NCBI GenBank assembly: GCA_965242695.1
Contig: CBDESU010000002.1
Coordinates: forward strand, 704,001-768,000
Reading direction: 5' to 3'
Source of the DNA: Cenarchaeum sp.
Lineage (GTDB): Archaea; Thermoproteota; Nitrososphaeria; Nitrososphaerales; Nitrosopumilaceae
DNA length: 64,000 nucleotides
Shown: piece after piece, positions 1-10,016 of the stretch
How the letters are laid out: each line of letters opens with the position of its first letter
Numbering within the stretch: position 1 is the first letter of the stretch
The notes under the pieces: generated by a model
What the model saw: only the letters and a program-made list of their open reading frames with translations
Told to the model about the DNA's origin: nothing
Database searches by the model: none
Made by a program: the position numbers and the translations under genes

Positions 1-1
1 C

Positions 2-463
2 GGCCTGGCTGCGACGGCCCGTGCCGTGCACGGGCTCATCGAGCGCATCGGCGGCGTGCGGTCCGTCGGCGGCATCGAGTCCGGCTCCATCCCGATATCG
101 GCTGCCGTCTCGCTGTACAGCGCGCGCATTGCGCCCCGCCCCGCCGCCGCCCTGCCCTCGTTCTACGTCCGAAAGCGGCCCAAGGAGCACGGCCTGGCGC
201 GGTGGATAGAGGGTGCGCCGGCCTCGCCGGCCGTCCTTGTCGAGGACGTGATGACGAGCGGCCAGTCGGCCCTCAAGGCCCTGCGCGTCCTTGCCGACGA
301 GGGCATCGAGGTGAAGCGCCTGATAGCCATCGTGTACAGGGACGCGCCCGATGCCAAGGCGCGGCTCGAGGCCGAAAGCGGCACAAGGATCGACAACCTG
401 TTCTTCGAGTCGGACTTTGCGGGCCCGCCGGGCGGGGACGCAGCCCCGGGCGCGGGCCGCTAG
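2..463 (+). CDS. pyrE: Orotate phosphoribosyltransferase (5'-truncated by window edge)
   Basis: GGIESGSIP, FYVRKRPKEHG and PRPP-binding VLVEDVMTSGQS motifs; frame is open to the window start. Confidence 0.88.
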   Translation, partial: GLAATARAVHGLIERIGGVRSVGGIESGSIPISAAVSLYSARIAPRPAAALPSFYVRKRPKEHGLARWIEGAPASPAVLVEDVMTSGQSALKALRVLADEGIEVKRLIAIVYRDAPDAKARLEAESGTRIDNLFFESDFAGPPGGDAAPGAGR

Positions 464-487
464 GCGGCGCGGGCCGCTAGGCGGCGC
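450..487 (+). repeat. 17-bp tandem duplication spanning the pyrE stop codon
   Basis: GCGCGGGCCGCTAGGCG twice, plus a partial third copy. Confidence 0.8.
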
Positions 488-542
488 TCGCCGCGGGCCG
501 GCGGGGGGCAAGCTATAAACCGAACGCGACCCTGCGCCGGGC

Positions 543-1550
543 ATGGCATCGGGGCGGGCCTCGCAGCCGGCCCCGGCCGCCTGCGCCGCGGCGCTGGCCG
601 GCATCGCCGTGCTGTGCGCCGTCTCGGCCGGCCTCCCCCTGCAGGATGCCGGCGCCGCCGCGGCGCCCAACGGCACGTACTATATCGAGGGCGTCGGGTA
701 CGCCACCTCCGACGCCGAGCCGGCCGGCCCGTCCCAGTTCGGGCTGGCCGTCTCGGCGGGTCCCGCGGGCCCCGGCGGCCGCAGCGACATTGCGATCAGC
801 GGCGGCGTCGTCTCGTTCGACGGGGCCGACTATGCGGCCGACGGCCTCGGCGGCTCGCTGCTGCGCGGCGGCGACCTGATCCGCATATCGGGGACGGCGA
901 CGGGCCGGTCGGGAGCCTCCGTCGAGCTGAGCGTCCTCGGCAAGCTGGTCGAGGACGGCGTGGGCGGCTCGGCGTACCTGTTCACAGGCAGGATCACCGA
1001 GGGCGGCACCCCGTACAGGGCCCTATACTCGTCGCTCGTCTCGCCTGTCGGCGGGGATGCGGGCGAGGCGGCGGCCGCCGCGGGCCCTGCCGGCTCGCCG
1101 CGGCCGGGGGAGGAGGGAGTGACGCTGCGCATACTGCCCGGCTCGTCTGACCGCGGCCTCGGCTCGTACTCTGACCGGACCGGCAGGGCCATGTCGTCGC
1201 CCTCGGCCGGCTACTTTGATCCGACCCGGCTGTCGATCGATCCGGGCACGGCGGTCACCGTCGTCAACGACGACACGGTCCCGCACCGGATTGTGAGCGG
1301 CACGGTGTCGGGCTCGACGAGCCGCGGCGCGCTGGTGATCTGCCCCGAGCCCGCCGAGGATCTTGCCCCGGGATCGAGCTACTCGCAGTCGGGCTGCACG
1401 TTCACCATGGACGGGCGGATCGACACGGGCGAGATCGCGCCCGGCTCGTCTGCCACCGCCGTCTTCTCCGAGAGGGCCCTCTACCGGCTCACCGACCCCC
1501 AGTACGCGTGGATGAGCATCGACGTCCTCGCGTTCGGGGGCGCGCGGTAG
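543..1550 (+). CDS. Secreted protein with C-terminal cupredoxin-like domain (type-1 Cu ligands degenerate)
   Basis: Signal peptide; FDPTRLSIDPGTAVTVVNDDTVPH...DTGEIAPG...YRLTDPQYAWM resembles thaumarchaeal plastocyanin-like domains; TATA-like CTATAAAC at about 513-520. Confidence 0.65.
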   Translation: MASGRASQPAPAACAAALAGIAVLCAVSAGLPLQDAGAAAAPNGTYYIEGVGYATSDAEPAGPSQFGLAVSAGPAGPGGRSDIAISGGVVSFDGADYAADGLGGSLLRGGDLIRISGTATGRSGASVELSVLGKLVEDGVGGSAYLFTGRITEGGTPYRALYSSLVSPVGGDAGEAAAAAGPAGSPRPGEEGVTLRILPGSSDRGLGSYSDRTGRAMSSPSAGYFDPTRLSIDPGTAVTVVNDDTVPHRIVSGTVSGSTSRGALVICPEPAEDLAPGSSYSQSGCTFTMDGRIDTGEIAPGSSATAVFSERALYRLTDPQYAWMSIDVLAFGGAR

Positions 1551-1563
1551 CCCCTCCCTCGCC

Positions 1564-2265
1564 TCACCCGTAGTTTGTGTAGGGATCGGGGCCGGCCTCG
1601 CCGAGCACCACGACGGTCATGTCCGAGAACGTCCTGCCCTCCATGTCGGCCGCCAGCCCGTCGAACACGGACTCGTCGTGCGTCGTGAGGTTCTCGTAGA
1701 CGCGCGCCCGGAGCGAGCCGGTGTCGACCCCGCCGCTCCTGAGAAACACGGCGATCTCGGACGGCATGAAGTTCTTGGCGGGGTTTCGGGGCCAGGGCCG
1801 CGGCACGGCTATGACGGGCCTGCCGGACAGGATGGCCTCGAGCATGTCCGACTTCATGCCGTCGATCGAGCCGGACACGTGCATCGTGATCACCCTTGCC
1901 TTGTCGAGCGGCACGCGGGCGCGCGCGGCGGCGACCTGCACCGAGCTGACGCCTGCCACGAGGACCACGTCGCCGAATATCTCGGCCAGCCTGTCGACGA
2001 CCTCGGACTCTGAAAAGCTCACGTCGCCGGTGAACGGGACGACGACCCGCCTGTCGGCGGGGCCGGCGGCGATCTCGTGGTACACCGTGTCCTGGTTGTC
2101 CATCGTGACGACGTGAACCTCCTTTTCGGCCGTGAGCGCCTTGATGGTGCGCAGCGTGCGGCTGTACCCGACGACCACGTCGCAGTCCCTGATCGCGGCG
2201 ACGGCCTCCCCCGTCACGCATGCCGCCGCGCCGGGCCCCACGCCGACGGCAAAGACGCGGGCCAT
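1564..2265 (-). CDS. cbiE: Precorrin-6Y C5-methyltransferase (cobalamin biosynthesis)
   Basis: VFAVGVGPG, DVVVGY, TGDVSFS, GVSSVQVAAAR and VYENLT tetrapyrrole-methylase motifs; ATG overlaps the upstream stop. Confidence 0.85.
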   Translation of the reverse strand: MARVFAVGVGPGAAACVTGEAVAAIRDCDVVVGYSRTLRTIKALTAEKEVHVVTMDNQDTVYHEIAAGPADRRVVVPFTGDVSFSESEVVDRLAEIFGDVVLVAGVSSVQVAAARARVPLDKARVITMHVSGSIDGMKSDMLEAILSGRPVIAVPRPWPRNPAKNFMPSEIAVFLRSGGVDTGSLRARVYENLTTHDESVFDGLAADMEGRTFSDMTVVVLGEAGPDPYTNYG

Positions 2266-2756
2266 TACTCCTTGACCGTCCTGCCCCTGTTGATAAACCC
2301 GACAAACGGCCCCCAGTCGACCCTCAGGTAGCGGGTCGGCTCCTTGGCGGGGTACTTTACCCAGTCGCGCGCTATCGAGTACTGGAACTTTTCGCGCTTG
2401 CCGTTCTTGACGTAGTCTAGGAGCAGGACGCTGCCCCACTCCTTCTCCTCGGCCCGCGCGTCGAGTATGTCGTCAAACGACAGCTCGACGTTCTTCGGGT
2501 TGGCCAGGTCCCTCGCAAGGTCCTCCTCGCCGTACCCGTCGTGCAGTATTATGGTGTCCTTTGAGCGCATCATCCGCATGGCCTGCCTGGCCACGATGGA
2601 CGTCCACCACCTCTTCTTGGCCTCGGTCTTGTGCACAAAGCACAGGTGCCGGTCGGTCAGGAAGAGCATGCCCTCGCGGCCGCCGATCGACATGAACTTG
2701 CGCGCCTCCCTCCACACGGACACGAGGTGCGCCCTGATCCTCTCGTCGGGATCCAC
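2265..2756 (-). CDS. Conserved hypothetical protein (possible PH-like fold)
   Basis: 163 aa with host-like codon use; GMLFLTDRHLCFV strand pattern; coupled to cbiE. Confidence 0.7.
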   Translation of the reverse strand: MDPDERIRAHLVSVWREARKFMSIGGREGMLFLTDRHLCFVHKTEAKKRWWTSIVARQAMRMMRSKDTIILHDGYGEEDLARDLANPKNVELSFDDILDARAEEKEWGSVLLLDYVKNGKREKFQYSIARDWVKYPAKEPTRYLRVDWGPFVGFINRGRTVKE

Positions 2757-2860
2757 GCATGCCGGGCGGGCGGGGCGCCTTAAAAAACAAACCTGCCTCC
2801 CGCGCGCTGCTTGCCGGCATGCGGCGTGGCTTTTTATTTGGACTTGCGCGCCGCGCCGCG

Positions 2861-4477
2861 TTGAGACCTGCGCGAACGGCTTCCACGCCGCTCCTTGCCG
2901 GGGCGCTTGTGGCCGCCGCTGCCGCCTGCATGGCCGCGGCCGCCCCGCAGGCGGCGCATGCGGCCGAGGACCGCCTCGCCGTCCTCGACACCGGGTCGGG
3001 CCGGATAGTCATCGAGTTCTTTGCAGACGACGCCCCTGCGCACGTCGACAACTTTGTCTCGCTCGCCGAGTCGGGCTTTTACGACGGGACCGTCTTCCAC
3101 CGCGTCATACGCGGCTTCATGATACAGGGGGGCGATCCGAACACGCGCCAGGACGATCCGGGGCCGCGCAGCAGCTGGGGGATGGGCGGGCCCGACGAGA
3201 CGGTCGATGCCGAGTTCAGCGACATACGGCACGACCGCGGGATCGTCTCGATGGCAAGGTCGATGAGCCCAGACAGCGCCGGCTCGCAGTTCTTCATAGT
3301 GCACAGCAACTCAAACTTTCTTGACGGCCAGTACACGGCGTTCGGGAGGGTCGCGACGGCCGACAGCCTCGAGACCCTCGACGCCATAGCCGAGCTGCCG
3401 ACCGACGAGCGGGACGTGCCCGAGGACGTCGCGCCGGCCGTCGTCAGGTCGGTTGCGATAGTCGACAGGGACTCGGTCGAGGGCGTCGAGGACCTCGGCG
3501 AGCCGGCCCGCGTGTCCGTCCCGGCGGGCCCCCCGCCCGGCATGTCCCCGATGGAGGCCGTCCCCGAGAGCGGGACCTACACGAGCGACGCGTTCGGCGT
3601 CTCGTTCGACGTCCCCGAGGGGTGGTTCCTGCAGCTGACCGGCGAGACGGGCGACTTCTTCCCTGACATTGCGATCCTCGGGCCGGCGCCGATGGGCGGC
3701 CAGCCGCAGGCCATTACGATCGCCGTCGACCCGCTCGGCGATGCCACCTTTGAGGAGATGCTCGAGGACCACGCGGCGACGATCCAAGAGGCCGTCGACG
3801 ACGGCCAGCTCGAGATCGAGTCGAGGAGCATGATCACGGTCGGCGGCGTCGTCGCGCAGCAGACCGACGCGAAGAGCGACCTCGAGTTTGCCGGCGAAGA
3901 GGTCACGATCCGGTTCCGCGAGGTGGTCGTGGCGGGCACCGACGACTTTTACACCATAACGTACAGCAGCATCGCCGACCAGTTTGCCGACTCGGAGGGC
4001 GACTTTGCCGGCATCATCTCGTCGTTCGCGGCCGCCGGCGTGGGCCGCCCGCCGGCCGCTGATGCGGATGCTGATGCGGATGCGGCCGAGGCCGCCGGCG
4101 GGGGCGGATGCCTGATCGCGACGGCCGCATACGGCACCGAGCTTGCGCCGCAGGTGCAGCTTCTCAGGGAGGTGCGCGACGGGGCCCTGGCGCAGACGGC
4201 TGCCGGCTCTGCGCTCCTTGGCGCCTTCAACACGGCGTACTATGCGTTCTCGCCTGCCGCGGCCGATGCGATCCGCAACCACCCGGCCGCCGCCGATGCG
4301 GCCAGGGTTGCCGCCGCCCCGCTGCTCTCCGTGCTGTCGGCCGCGTCGCTTGCCGACGGGCAGTCCGAGTGGCAGGCCGCCCCGCTTGCACTGCTCGCCG
4401 CGGCCCTGGCCCTCGGCGCGTACGTCGCCGCGCCAACCACACTCGCCGCCGGCCTTCGCCGCCGTGCGCGCCGCTAG
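2861..4477 (+). CDS. Exported cyclophilin-type peptidyl-prolyl isomerase with PsbP-like domain and CFI-box-CTERM tail
   Basis: FYDGTVFHRVIRGFMIQGGDP, SMARS, SAGSQFFI, LDGQYTAFG; C-terminal GGGCLIATAAYGTELAPQVQLLRE plus TM helix and RRRARR; start uncertain (TTG 2861 follows TTTTTATTT at about 2830). Confidence 0.88.
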   Translation: MRPARTASTPLLAGALVAAAAACMAAAAPQAAHAAEDRLAVLDTGSGRIVIEFFADDAPAHVDNFVSLAESGFYDGTVFHRVIRGFMIQGGDPNTRQDDPGPRSSWGMGGPDETVDAEFSDIRHDRGIVSMARSMSPDSAGSQFFIVHSNSNFLDGQYTAFGRVATADSLETLDAIAELPTDERDVPEDVAPAVVRSVAIVDRDSVEGVEDLGEPARVSVPAGPPPGMSPMEAVPESGTYTSDAFGVSFDVPEGWFLQLTGETGDFFPDIAILGPAPMGGQPQAITIAVDPLGDATFEEMLEDHAATIQEAVDDGQLEIESRSMITVGGVVAQQTDAKSDLEFAGEEVTIRFREVVVAGTDDFYTITYSSIADQFADSEGDFAGIISSFAAAGVGRPPAADADADADAAEAAGGGGCLIATAAYGTELAPQVQLLREVRDGALAQTAAGSALLGAFNTAYYAFSPAAADAIRNHPAAADAARVAAAPLLSVLSAASLADGQSEWQAAPLALLAAALALGAYVAAPTTLAAGLRRRARR

Positions 4478-4626
4478 TGCGCGCCTGCCCGCCAGTGAGC
4501 CCGCCCTTGGCCGCCGCGCCCTTGGCGCGCAGACGGGCAGTGGTGTCGGGAGAGGGGCCCAGCAGATGCCGAGATGTTGTATAAATAGCGGGCGCCGGCG
4601 GCGGCAGCGGTGTCTGTGTGGGGAAA

Positions 4627-4866
4627 ATGCTATTTCGGGCCGGCATCGCCGTCTCCATGCTTGGCGCGCTTGGGATGGCGACGGGCTCCGTGCTGGTCGT
4701 TGGCGCGCTTGGCATGGTGTCTGAGGCCTGGGACGACGACGTCCGGTATGCTGGGTTCGATCTGGCCCCGAACGGCCTTGTCGACATGGGGGCCCGGCTA
4801 GTTGGAGTCGGAGGTCCGGTAGTGGTCTTCGGGTGTGCAATGATGCTGGTTGGGGGCCGGACATAG
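4627..4866 (+). CDS. Small membrane protein, hypothetical
   Basis: Two hydrophobic segments; TATAAATA box at about 4580. Confidence 0.5.
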   Translation: MLFRAGIAVSMLGALGMATGSVLVVGALGMVSEAWDDDVRYAGFDLAPNGLVDMGARLVGVGGPVVVFGCAMMLVGGRT

Positions 4867-4921
4867 CCGCGCCGCATTGTTGGCCCGCGCCCCGGCGCAC
4901 ATCGCCCCCTCCCCCGCCCGA

Positions 4922-6289
4922 CTACCACACGTCGTCGACCTCGTCGAGCGCCTTGTACTCGAGCTCGGCCGGCTTGCGGAAGAACTTCATCCGCGCAATG
5001 TCCCTGTCGAAGAACACGTCGATGATCCAGTCGATGAGGACCCTGACGCGCTTGTCGGCCCTCGGGATCTTCGAGAGGTAGATGTTCCTCCACAGCACCC
5101 ACGCCCAGAACCCCGATATGTTCAGCCCGAACACGGACGCGATCCCCATCCGCTTGCCGATGACGGCCATCTGCCCGCGCGACTTGAACTCGAACCCCTT
5201 CCTACTCCCGCCGCGTATGAGGGCGTGCAGGTTGGCCGCGGCCGTCTTGGCCTGCGCCTCGGCTATCTGCGCCGTAGGCGGGTACGGCCTGCCCGACTCG
5301 GGGTCGAGCAGGAGCGCGCAGTCCCCGACGGCAAAGACGCCGGGAAAGTCGGGCACCTCCATGTGCTCGTTGACGACGATCTTTCCGCGGTCCGTCTTGA
5401 GCATCGACCTCTTTATCGTGTTGACCGGCGTGACGCCGGCCGTCCAGACGAGCGTGTTGGTGCGGATCGTCTCCTCCTCGCCGGGCTCCTCGCCCCCCTT
5501 CTCCTCCGGCAGCCTCTTGACGCTCACCTCGCGGCCGTCAAAGCTGGTGACGGCCGTCCTCAGCCGGATGTCGATCCCGTGCTCGGCCATCTTCTTGTGC
5601 GCGAACGAGGCGAGCTTCTCGCTGAACCCCGGCAGGAGGGCCGGCAGGGCCTCCAGCACGGTCACGCTGATGTCCCCCCTGTGCGTGTTCGGGTAGTACC
5701 GCTCGGCGTCGATGAGCAGGTCCATGATCTCGCCGGCCGTCTCGACGCCGGCGAACCCTCCGCCGACGATGACGAACGTGAGCATGCCCCTCCTCATTAT
5801 GGGGTCCGTCTCGTTCTCGGCCTGCTCGAGCATGTCGATGACGCGGTTGCGCAGCACGACGGCGTCGTCGAGCGTCTTCATCGTATACGCGTGCTTTTCG
5901 ACGTCGCTCATGCCGAAAAAGTTCGTCTCGCTGCCGAGCGCGACGACGAGAAAGTCGTAGTGCAGCGAGATGCCGCGACGGTCGCCCGTCCCCCACAGGT
6001 TGACCAGCTTTCCCCACGGGTCAATGTTCTTGATGCGCCCCTCGTAGAACCTGGTGTGCTCGCAGATGGTCCGTATGGGCATGATGATGTGCCGCGTCTC
6101 GATCATTCCAGACGCCACCTGCGGCAGCATCGGCGTGAACAGCAGAAAGTTGTCCTCGCTGACCATGACGAGCTCTACGTCGTCGGCGCCGGCAAAGTGC
6201 GACTCTAGCTTTCGCGCGCACTCTACGCCGGCGAACCCGCCGCCGAGGATCACAATGCGGCGCTTGCGGGGCTTGGCCGTCAGGGCCAC
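4922..6289 (-). CDS. ndh: Type II NADH dehydrogenase-like FAD/NAD(P) oxidoreductase
   Basis: Two Rossmann motifs (IVILGGGFAG, VIVGGGFAGVETAGE), LVWTAG, VFAVGD, PPTAQIA. Confidence 0.88.
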   Translation of the reverse strand: MALTAKPRKRRIVILGGGFAGVECARKLESHFAGADDVELVMVSEDNFLLFTPMLPQVASGMIETRHIIMPIRTICEHTRFYEGRIKNIDPWGKLVNLWGTGDRRGISLHYDFLVVALGSETNFFGMSDVEKHAYTMKTLDDAVVLRNRVIDMLEQAENETDPIMRRGMLTFVIVGGGFAGVETAGEIMDLLIDAERYYPNTHRGDISVTVLEALPALLPGFSEKLASFAHKKMAEHGIDIRLRTAVTSFDGREVSVKRLPEEKGGEEPGEEETIRTNTLVWTAGVTPVNTIKRSMLKTDRGKIVVNEHMEVPDFPGVFAVGDCALLLDPESGRPYPPTAQIAEAQAKTAAANLHALIRGGSRKGFEFKSRGQMAVIGKRMGIASVFGLNISGFWAWVLWRNIYLSKIPRADKRVRVLIDWIIDVFFDRDIARMKFFRKPAELEYKALDEVDDVW

Positions 6290-6984
6290 CCCCCCGCCGC
6301 GCCGCGGCCGCCGCCGGACGTCTCGGCCCGGAGCGCATCGTACGCCCGCGCCGCGTCGCCCTCGTCGAGCGTAACGACCATCCCGTCGCCTCCCATGTAC
6401 GCATCCACGTACCCTATGCCGTTCCTGCGCAGCAGGTCTACTACCAGCGCGCCCGCATCGGCGGCCGCCCCGCCGGGCACCGTTATCTTGATCCTGACCA
6501 GCCCCGTGTGGATTGCGCCGGCGCCGGGCACCGACTGCACGGCGCTTCTTGCGCCCTCCATGTCCTCGACGATGAGCCTCAGCGAGCCGGGCAGCCTGAA
6601 CAGGTCAAAGTCGCTCGTCACGCGCGAGATGCGCTCGATGAGGCCGGCCATGTCGCCGGCGGCCCCGAGCCGCATGTCCATGATGCCGTCGGTCAGCGAT
6701 ATCCTCGCTCCCTGCAGGGCGTCGGCTCCGCGCGGCGCCTGCCCGCCTCCGCCCCCCTCTTCCCCGCCTCCGCCCCCGCCGAGCGCGTCGGCGTACCGCT
6801 TGACGGCGACCACGACCGTGTTGGGGTTGACCGGCCCGCCGGCGAGCGCCTCGACCTCTGGCCGTATCCTTGCGGCCAGCGCCGTGTAGTTGACCAGGCC
6901 CATCCTCAGGCAGTCGTACACGGAGCGGTTGCTCGACACGATGCGGCGCACGGCCCCCTGTACGGACAGCGCTGTTGCCCTCAC
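6280..6984 (-). CDS. Archaeal ACT-domain-containing protein
   Basis: N-terminal DCLRMGLVNYTALAARI...VVAVKRYA typical of archaeal regulatory ACT proteins. Confidence 0.7.
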   Translation of the reverse strand: MRATALSVQGAVRRIVSSNRSVYDCLRMGLVNYTALAARIRPEVEALAGGPVNPNTVVVAVKRYADALGGGGGGEEGGGGGQAPRGADALQGARISLTDGIMDMRLGAAGDMAGLIERISRVTSDFDLFRLPGSLRLIVEDMEGARSAVQSVPGAGAIHTGLVRIKITVPGGAAADAGALVVDLLRRNGIGYVDAYMGGDGMVVTLDEGDAARAYDALRAETSGGGRGAAGGWP

Positions 6985-7002
6985 GGGCGGGGGGGCCTTG
7001 TC

Positions 7003-7060
7003 ATATTATTTAACCATTGCGTAAAATCCGGCGCCAGATTGCAATATTCTTATATAATGT
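7003..7060. promoter_or_regulatory. Divergent archaeal promoters (ACT gene and hsp20-cdc48)
   Basis: AT-rich patch with minus-strand CAATGGTTAAATA (same 13-mer upstream of the SSS gene at about 24666-24678) and plus-strand TTATATAA. Confidence 0.65.
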
Positions 7061-7092
7061 CAGGGGGCTGACAAAAAGCAAGGAGACATGAC

Positions 7093-7629
7093 ATGTTCGA
7101 CTTTGACGAGTTCGACAAGCTCTTCCGCGGGATGCACGGGTCGTTCGTGAACCTCGACGACCTGCTCGATGCGGCAAGGCATGCAGGCGCCGGCGGCTCT
7201 GGCCGCATCGGCCCGTACTACTACGGGTACACGATGACGGTGGGGCCCGACGGCCGGCCGGTCGTCCGGGAGTACGGCAACGTGCGCCCGGGCCTGGCCG
7301 GCGACGGCTCTGGCGGCGGCGACTGCTGCGCGCCGGCCGTCCGGGACGGCCTGCAGGCCGAGACCATCCTCGACGACAAGGAGCGCGTCCTCAAGCTGGT
7401 CGCAGAGATGCCCGGCGTAGAGAAGGAGGACGTCAAGATCGTCGTCGACGGCGATGCGGTGAGCATCGACGCCGACCGCGGCAAGAAGAGCTACCACGCA
7501 AGGGTCCCGCTCGACCAGAAGGTCGACAAGGACACTGCAAAGGCTACGTACCGCAACGGGATACTCGAGCTGGCCTTCAGGCTGGCCGATCCCGACCCCC
7601 CCAAGGGGACGGCGGTGGAGGTCCAGTAG
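7093..7629 (+). CDS. hsp20: Archaeal small heat-shock protein Hsp20
   Basis: [47 protein letters not shown]. Confidence 0.92.
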   Translation: MFDFDEFDKLFRGMHGSFVNLDDLLDAARHAGAGGSGRIGPYYYGYTMTVGPDGRPVVREYGNVRPGLAGDGSGGGDCCAPAVRDGLQAETILDDKERVLKLVAEMPGVEKEDVKIVVDGDAVSIDADRGKKSYHARVPLDQKVDKDTAKATYRNGILELAFRLADPDPPKGTAVEVQ

Positions 7630-7647
7630 CCCTCTCCTTTTTTACTA

Positions 7648-9981
7648 ATGGTGGTTGCAATGGGCGGTGAAAGGCTGGCTGCAGGGAAAGGCGAGGCGGG
7701 CAGGGCCGAGCTGCGCGTGGCCGAGGCGCCGCGGCAGTTCGTCGGGACGGGGCGCGGGATAGCCGACCCGCGCGTCATCGAGTCGGCCGGGTGGAGCACG
7801 GGGCAGATAATAGAGCTCGGACACGGCCGCACGACCCACGTAAAGCTGTGGCCCGGCGGGCCCGAGGATGTGGGAACGGGGATCATACGGATCGACGGGA
7901 TGACGCGCCAGAACCTCGGGGCTGGCATAGGCGACAGGGTGTCTGCCAGGGCCGTCGAGGCGGCCGCCGCCGAGCGCATAGTCCTCTCGCCTACCGAAGA
8001 GGTCCGCGTGGCCGGGCTGCAAGAGTACATGGCCGGCCACTTTCCGAACCACGTATTCACGCAGGGCGACGGCGTCGCGCTGCGCACCTCGATGGGCGGG
8101 TCGATGCAGTTTGTCGTGACGCGCACCTCGCCGCCGGGCCGGCCCGTCATCGTCGGCGAGGGCACCGCGTTCGAGCTCGGGCCGCAGGCCGACGCGGCCG
8201 ATGCGGCGCGCCCGCGCGTCACGTACGACGACCTCGGCGGCCTCCGGGCCGAGGTGCAGAAGATACGCGAGATGGTCGAGCTGCCGATGAGGCACCCCGA
8301 GCTGTTCGAGCAGATCGGCGTCGAGGCACCCAAGGGCGTGCTGCTGCACGGCCCTCCGGGGACGGGCAAGACGCTGCTCGCAAGGGCCGTCGCCGGCGAG
8401 ACGAACGCGCACTTTACGTCCGTGAGCGGCCCCGAGATCATGGGCAGGCACTACGGCGAGAGCGAGGAGCGCCTGCGCGAGATATTCAGGCAGGCCGAGG
8501 AGCGCGCGCCGAGCATCGTGTTCATCGACGAGATCGACTCGATCGCGCCAAAGCGCGACGAGGTCTCGGGCGAGGTAGAGAAGCGCATAGTCTCGCAGCT
8601 GCTCACGCTCATGGACGGGATCAAGGGCAGGGGCAAGGTCATCGTCATCGCGGCGACCAACCGGCCCGACTCGATCGATCCCGCGCTGCGCAGGCCCGGC
8701 CGCCTCGACCGCGAGATCGAGATCGGCGTGCCCGACAGGGACGGCCGCGAGCGGATACTCGCCATCCACACGGCCGGCATGCCGCTCGACGGCGGCGTCG
8801 ACCTTGCGCGCACCGCCAGGGCCGCCCACGGGTTCGTCGGCGCCGACCTCGAGGCGCTCGCAAAGGAGGCCGCCATGAGGGCCCTGAGGCGCGTCCTGCC
8901 CGGGATGGACCTGGACGCCGACAGGATCTCCCCAGAGGCGCTCGGGCGCATCCGCGTTACGGAGGAGGACCTGCGCGGCGCGCTGCGCGAGATACGGCCG
9001 TCGGCGTTGCGCGAGGTGCTCGTGCAGGCGCCCGACGTCGGCTGGGGCGACATCGGCGGCCTGGACGGGCTCAAGGAGGAGATGCGCGAGGCCATCGAGT
9101 GGCCGCTCAGGTATGGTGGGGCCATGGCGCACGTCGGGGCCCGGCCGCCAAAGGGGATACTGCTGCACGGCCCGCCGGGGACGGGCAAGACGCTTGCGGC
9201 AAAGGCCGCGGCCCGCACGGCCGAGTCGAACTTTATCAGCATCAAGGGGCCCGAACTGCTCTCAAAGTGGGTCGGCGAGTCCGAAAAGGGCGTGCGCGAG
9301 GTGTTCCGCAAGGCCCGCCAGGCTGCGCCGTGCATCGTGTTCTTTGACGAGGTCGACGCGCTCGTGCCGCGCAGGCGCTCGGGAGGGGGCGGCGACGGGG
9401 GATCGCGCGTCACGGAAAGCGTCGTCTCGCAGATACTCACCGAGATCGACGGGCTCGAAGAGCTCGGCGACGTCCTCATCGTCGGCGCGACCAACCGCCT
9501 CGACATAGTCGACCCCGCCCTGCTCCGGCCGGGCCGGTTCGACCGCGTCATCGAGGTGCCGATGCCCGACGCTGGCGCGCGCAGGAGCATCCTCGGGATA
9601 CACACGCGCGGCAAGCCGCTCGCCGCCGGCGTCGACCTCGATGCGCTAGCCGGCATGACCGGGGGCATGAGCGGCGCCGAGATCGAGGGGGCCGTCGACA
9701 GGGCCGCGCTGGCGGCCCTCCGGCGGCACATCGACGGCAAGGATCCGCCCGAGTACGGGGACATCCGCATCACGCGCGAGGACCTGGAGGGGGCCCTTGG
9801 CGCGGGGGCCGGGGCCGGGGCCGGGAGCCGCCCCGGCGCGCCGCCGCAGGGCGCGGAGGCGGCGAGGACGGAAGGGGCGGCGGAGGCGGCGAGGACGGAA
9901 GGGGCGGCGGAGGCGGCGCCGAAGGAAGGGAGAGACGCCGCCCCCGCCGCCGAAGCCGGCCCGTACCCCGTTAAATCTTAA
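7648..9981 (+). CDS. cdc48: CDC48/p97 family AAA+ ATPase
   Basis: N domain plus two AAA modules (GPPGTGKT twice; FIDEID and FFDEVD; LRRPGR and LLRPGRFD). Confidence 0.95.
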   Translation: MVVAMGGERLAAGKGEAGRAELRVAEAPRQFVGTGRGIADPRVIESAGWSTGQIIELGHGRTTHVKLWPGGPEDVGTGIIRIDGMTRQNLGAGIGDRVSARAVEAAAAERIVLSPTEEVRVAGLQEYMAGHFPNHVFTQGDGVALRTSMGGSMQFVVTRTSPPGRPVIVGEGTAFELGPQADAADAARPRVTYDDLGGLRAEVQKIREMVELPMRHPELFEQIGVEAPKGVLLHGPPGTGKTLLARAVAGETNAHFTSVSGPEIMGRHYGESEERLREIFRQAEERAPSIVFIDEIDSIAPKRDEVSGEVEKRIVSQLLTLMDGIKGRGKVIVIAATNRPDSIDPALRRPGRLDREIEIGVPDRDGRERILAIHTAGMPLDGGVDLARTARAAHGFVGADLEALAKEAAMRALRRVLPGMDLDADRISPEALGRIRVTEEDLRGALREIRPSALREVLVQAPDVGWGDIGGLDGLKEEMREAIEWPLRYGGAMAHVGARPPKGILLHGPPGTGKTLAAKAAARTAESNFISIKGPELLSKWVGESEKGVREVFRKARQAAPCIVFFDEVDALVPRRRSGGGGDGGSRVTESVVSQILTEIDGLEELGDVLIVGATNRLDIVDPALLRPGRFDRVIEVPMPDAGARRSILGIHTRGKPLAAGVDLDALAGMTGGMSGAEIEGAVDRAALAALRRHIDGKDPPEYGDIRITREDLEGALGAGAGAGAGSRPGAPPQGAEAARTEGAAEAARTEGAAEAAPKEGRDAAPAAEAGPYPVKS
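9853..9918 (+). repeat. 27-bp in-frame tandem repeat (AEAARTEGA, about 2.4 copies) in the Cdc48 tail
   Basis: GCGGAGGCGGCGAGGACGGAAGGGGCG repeated. Confidence 0.8.
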
Positions 9982-10016
9982 ATAAAAGCCCGCTATTGTA
10001 GGCCGGGCGCCGTTAC

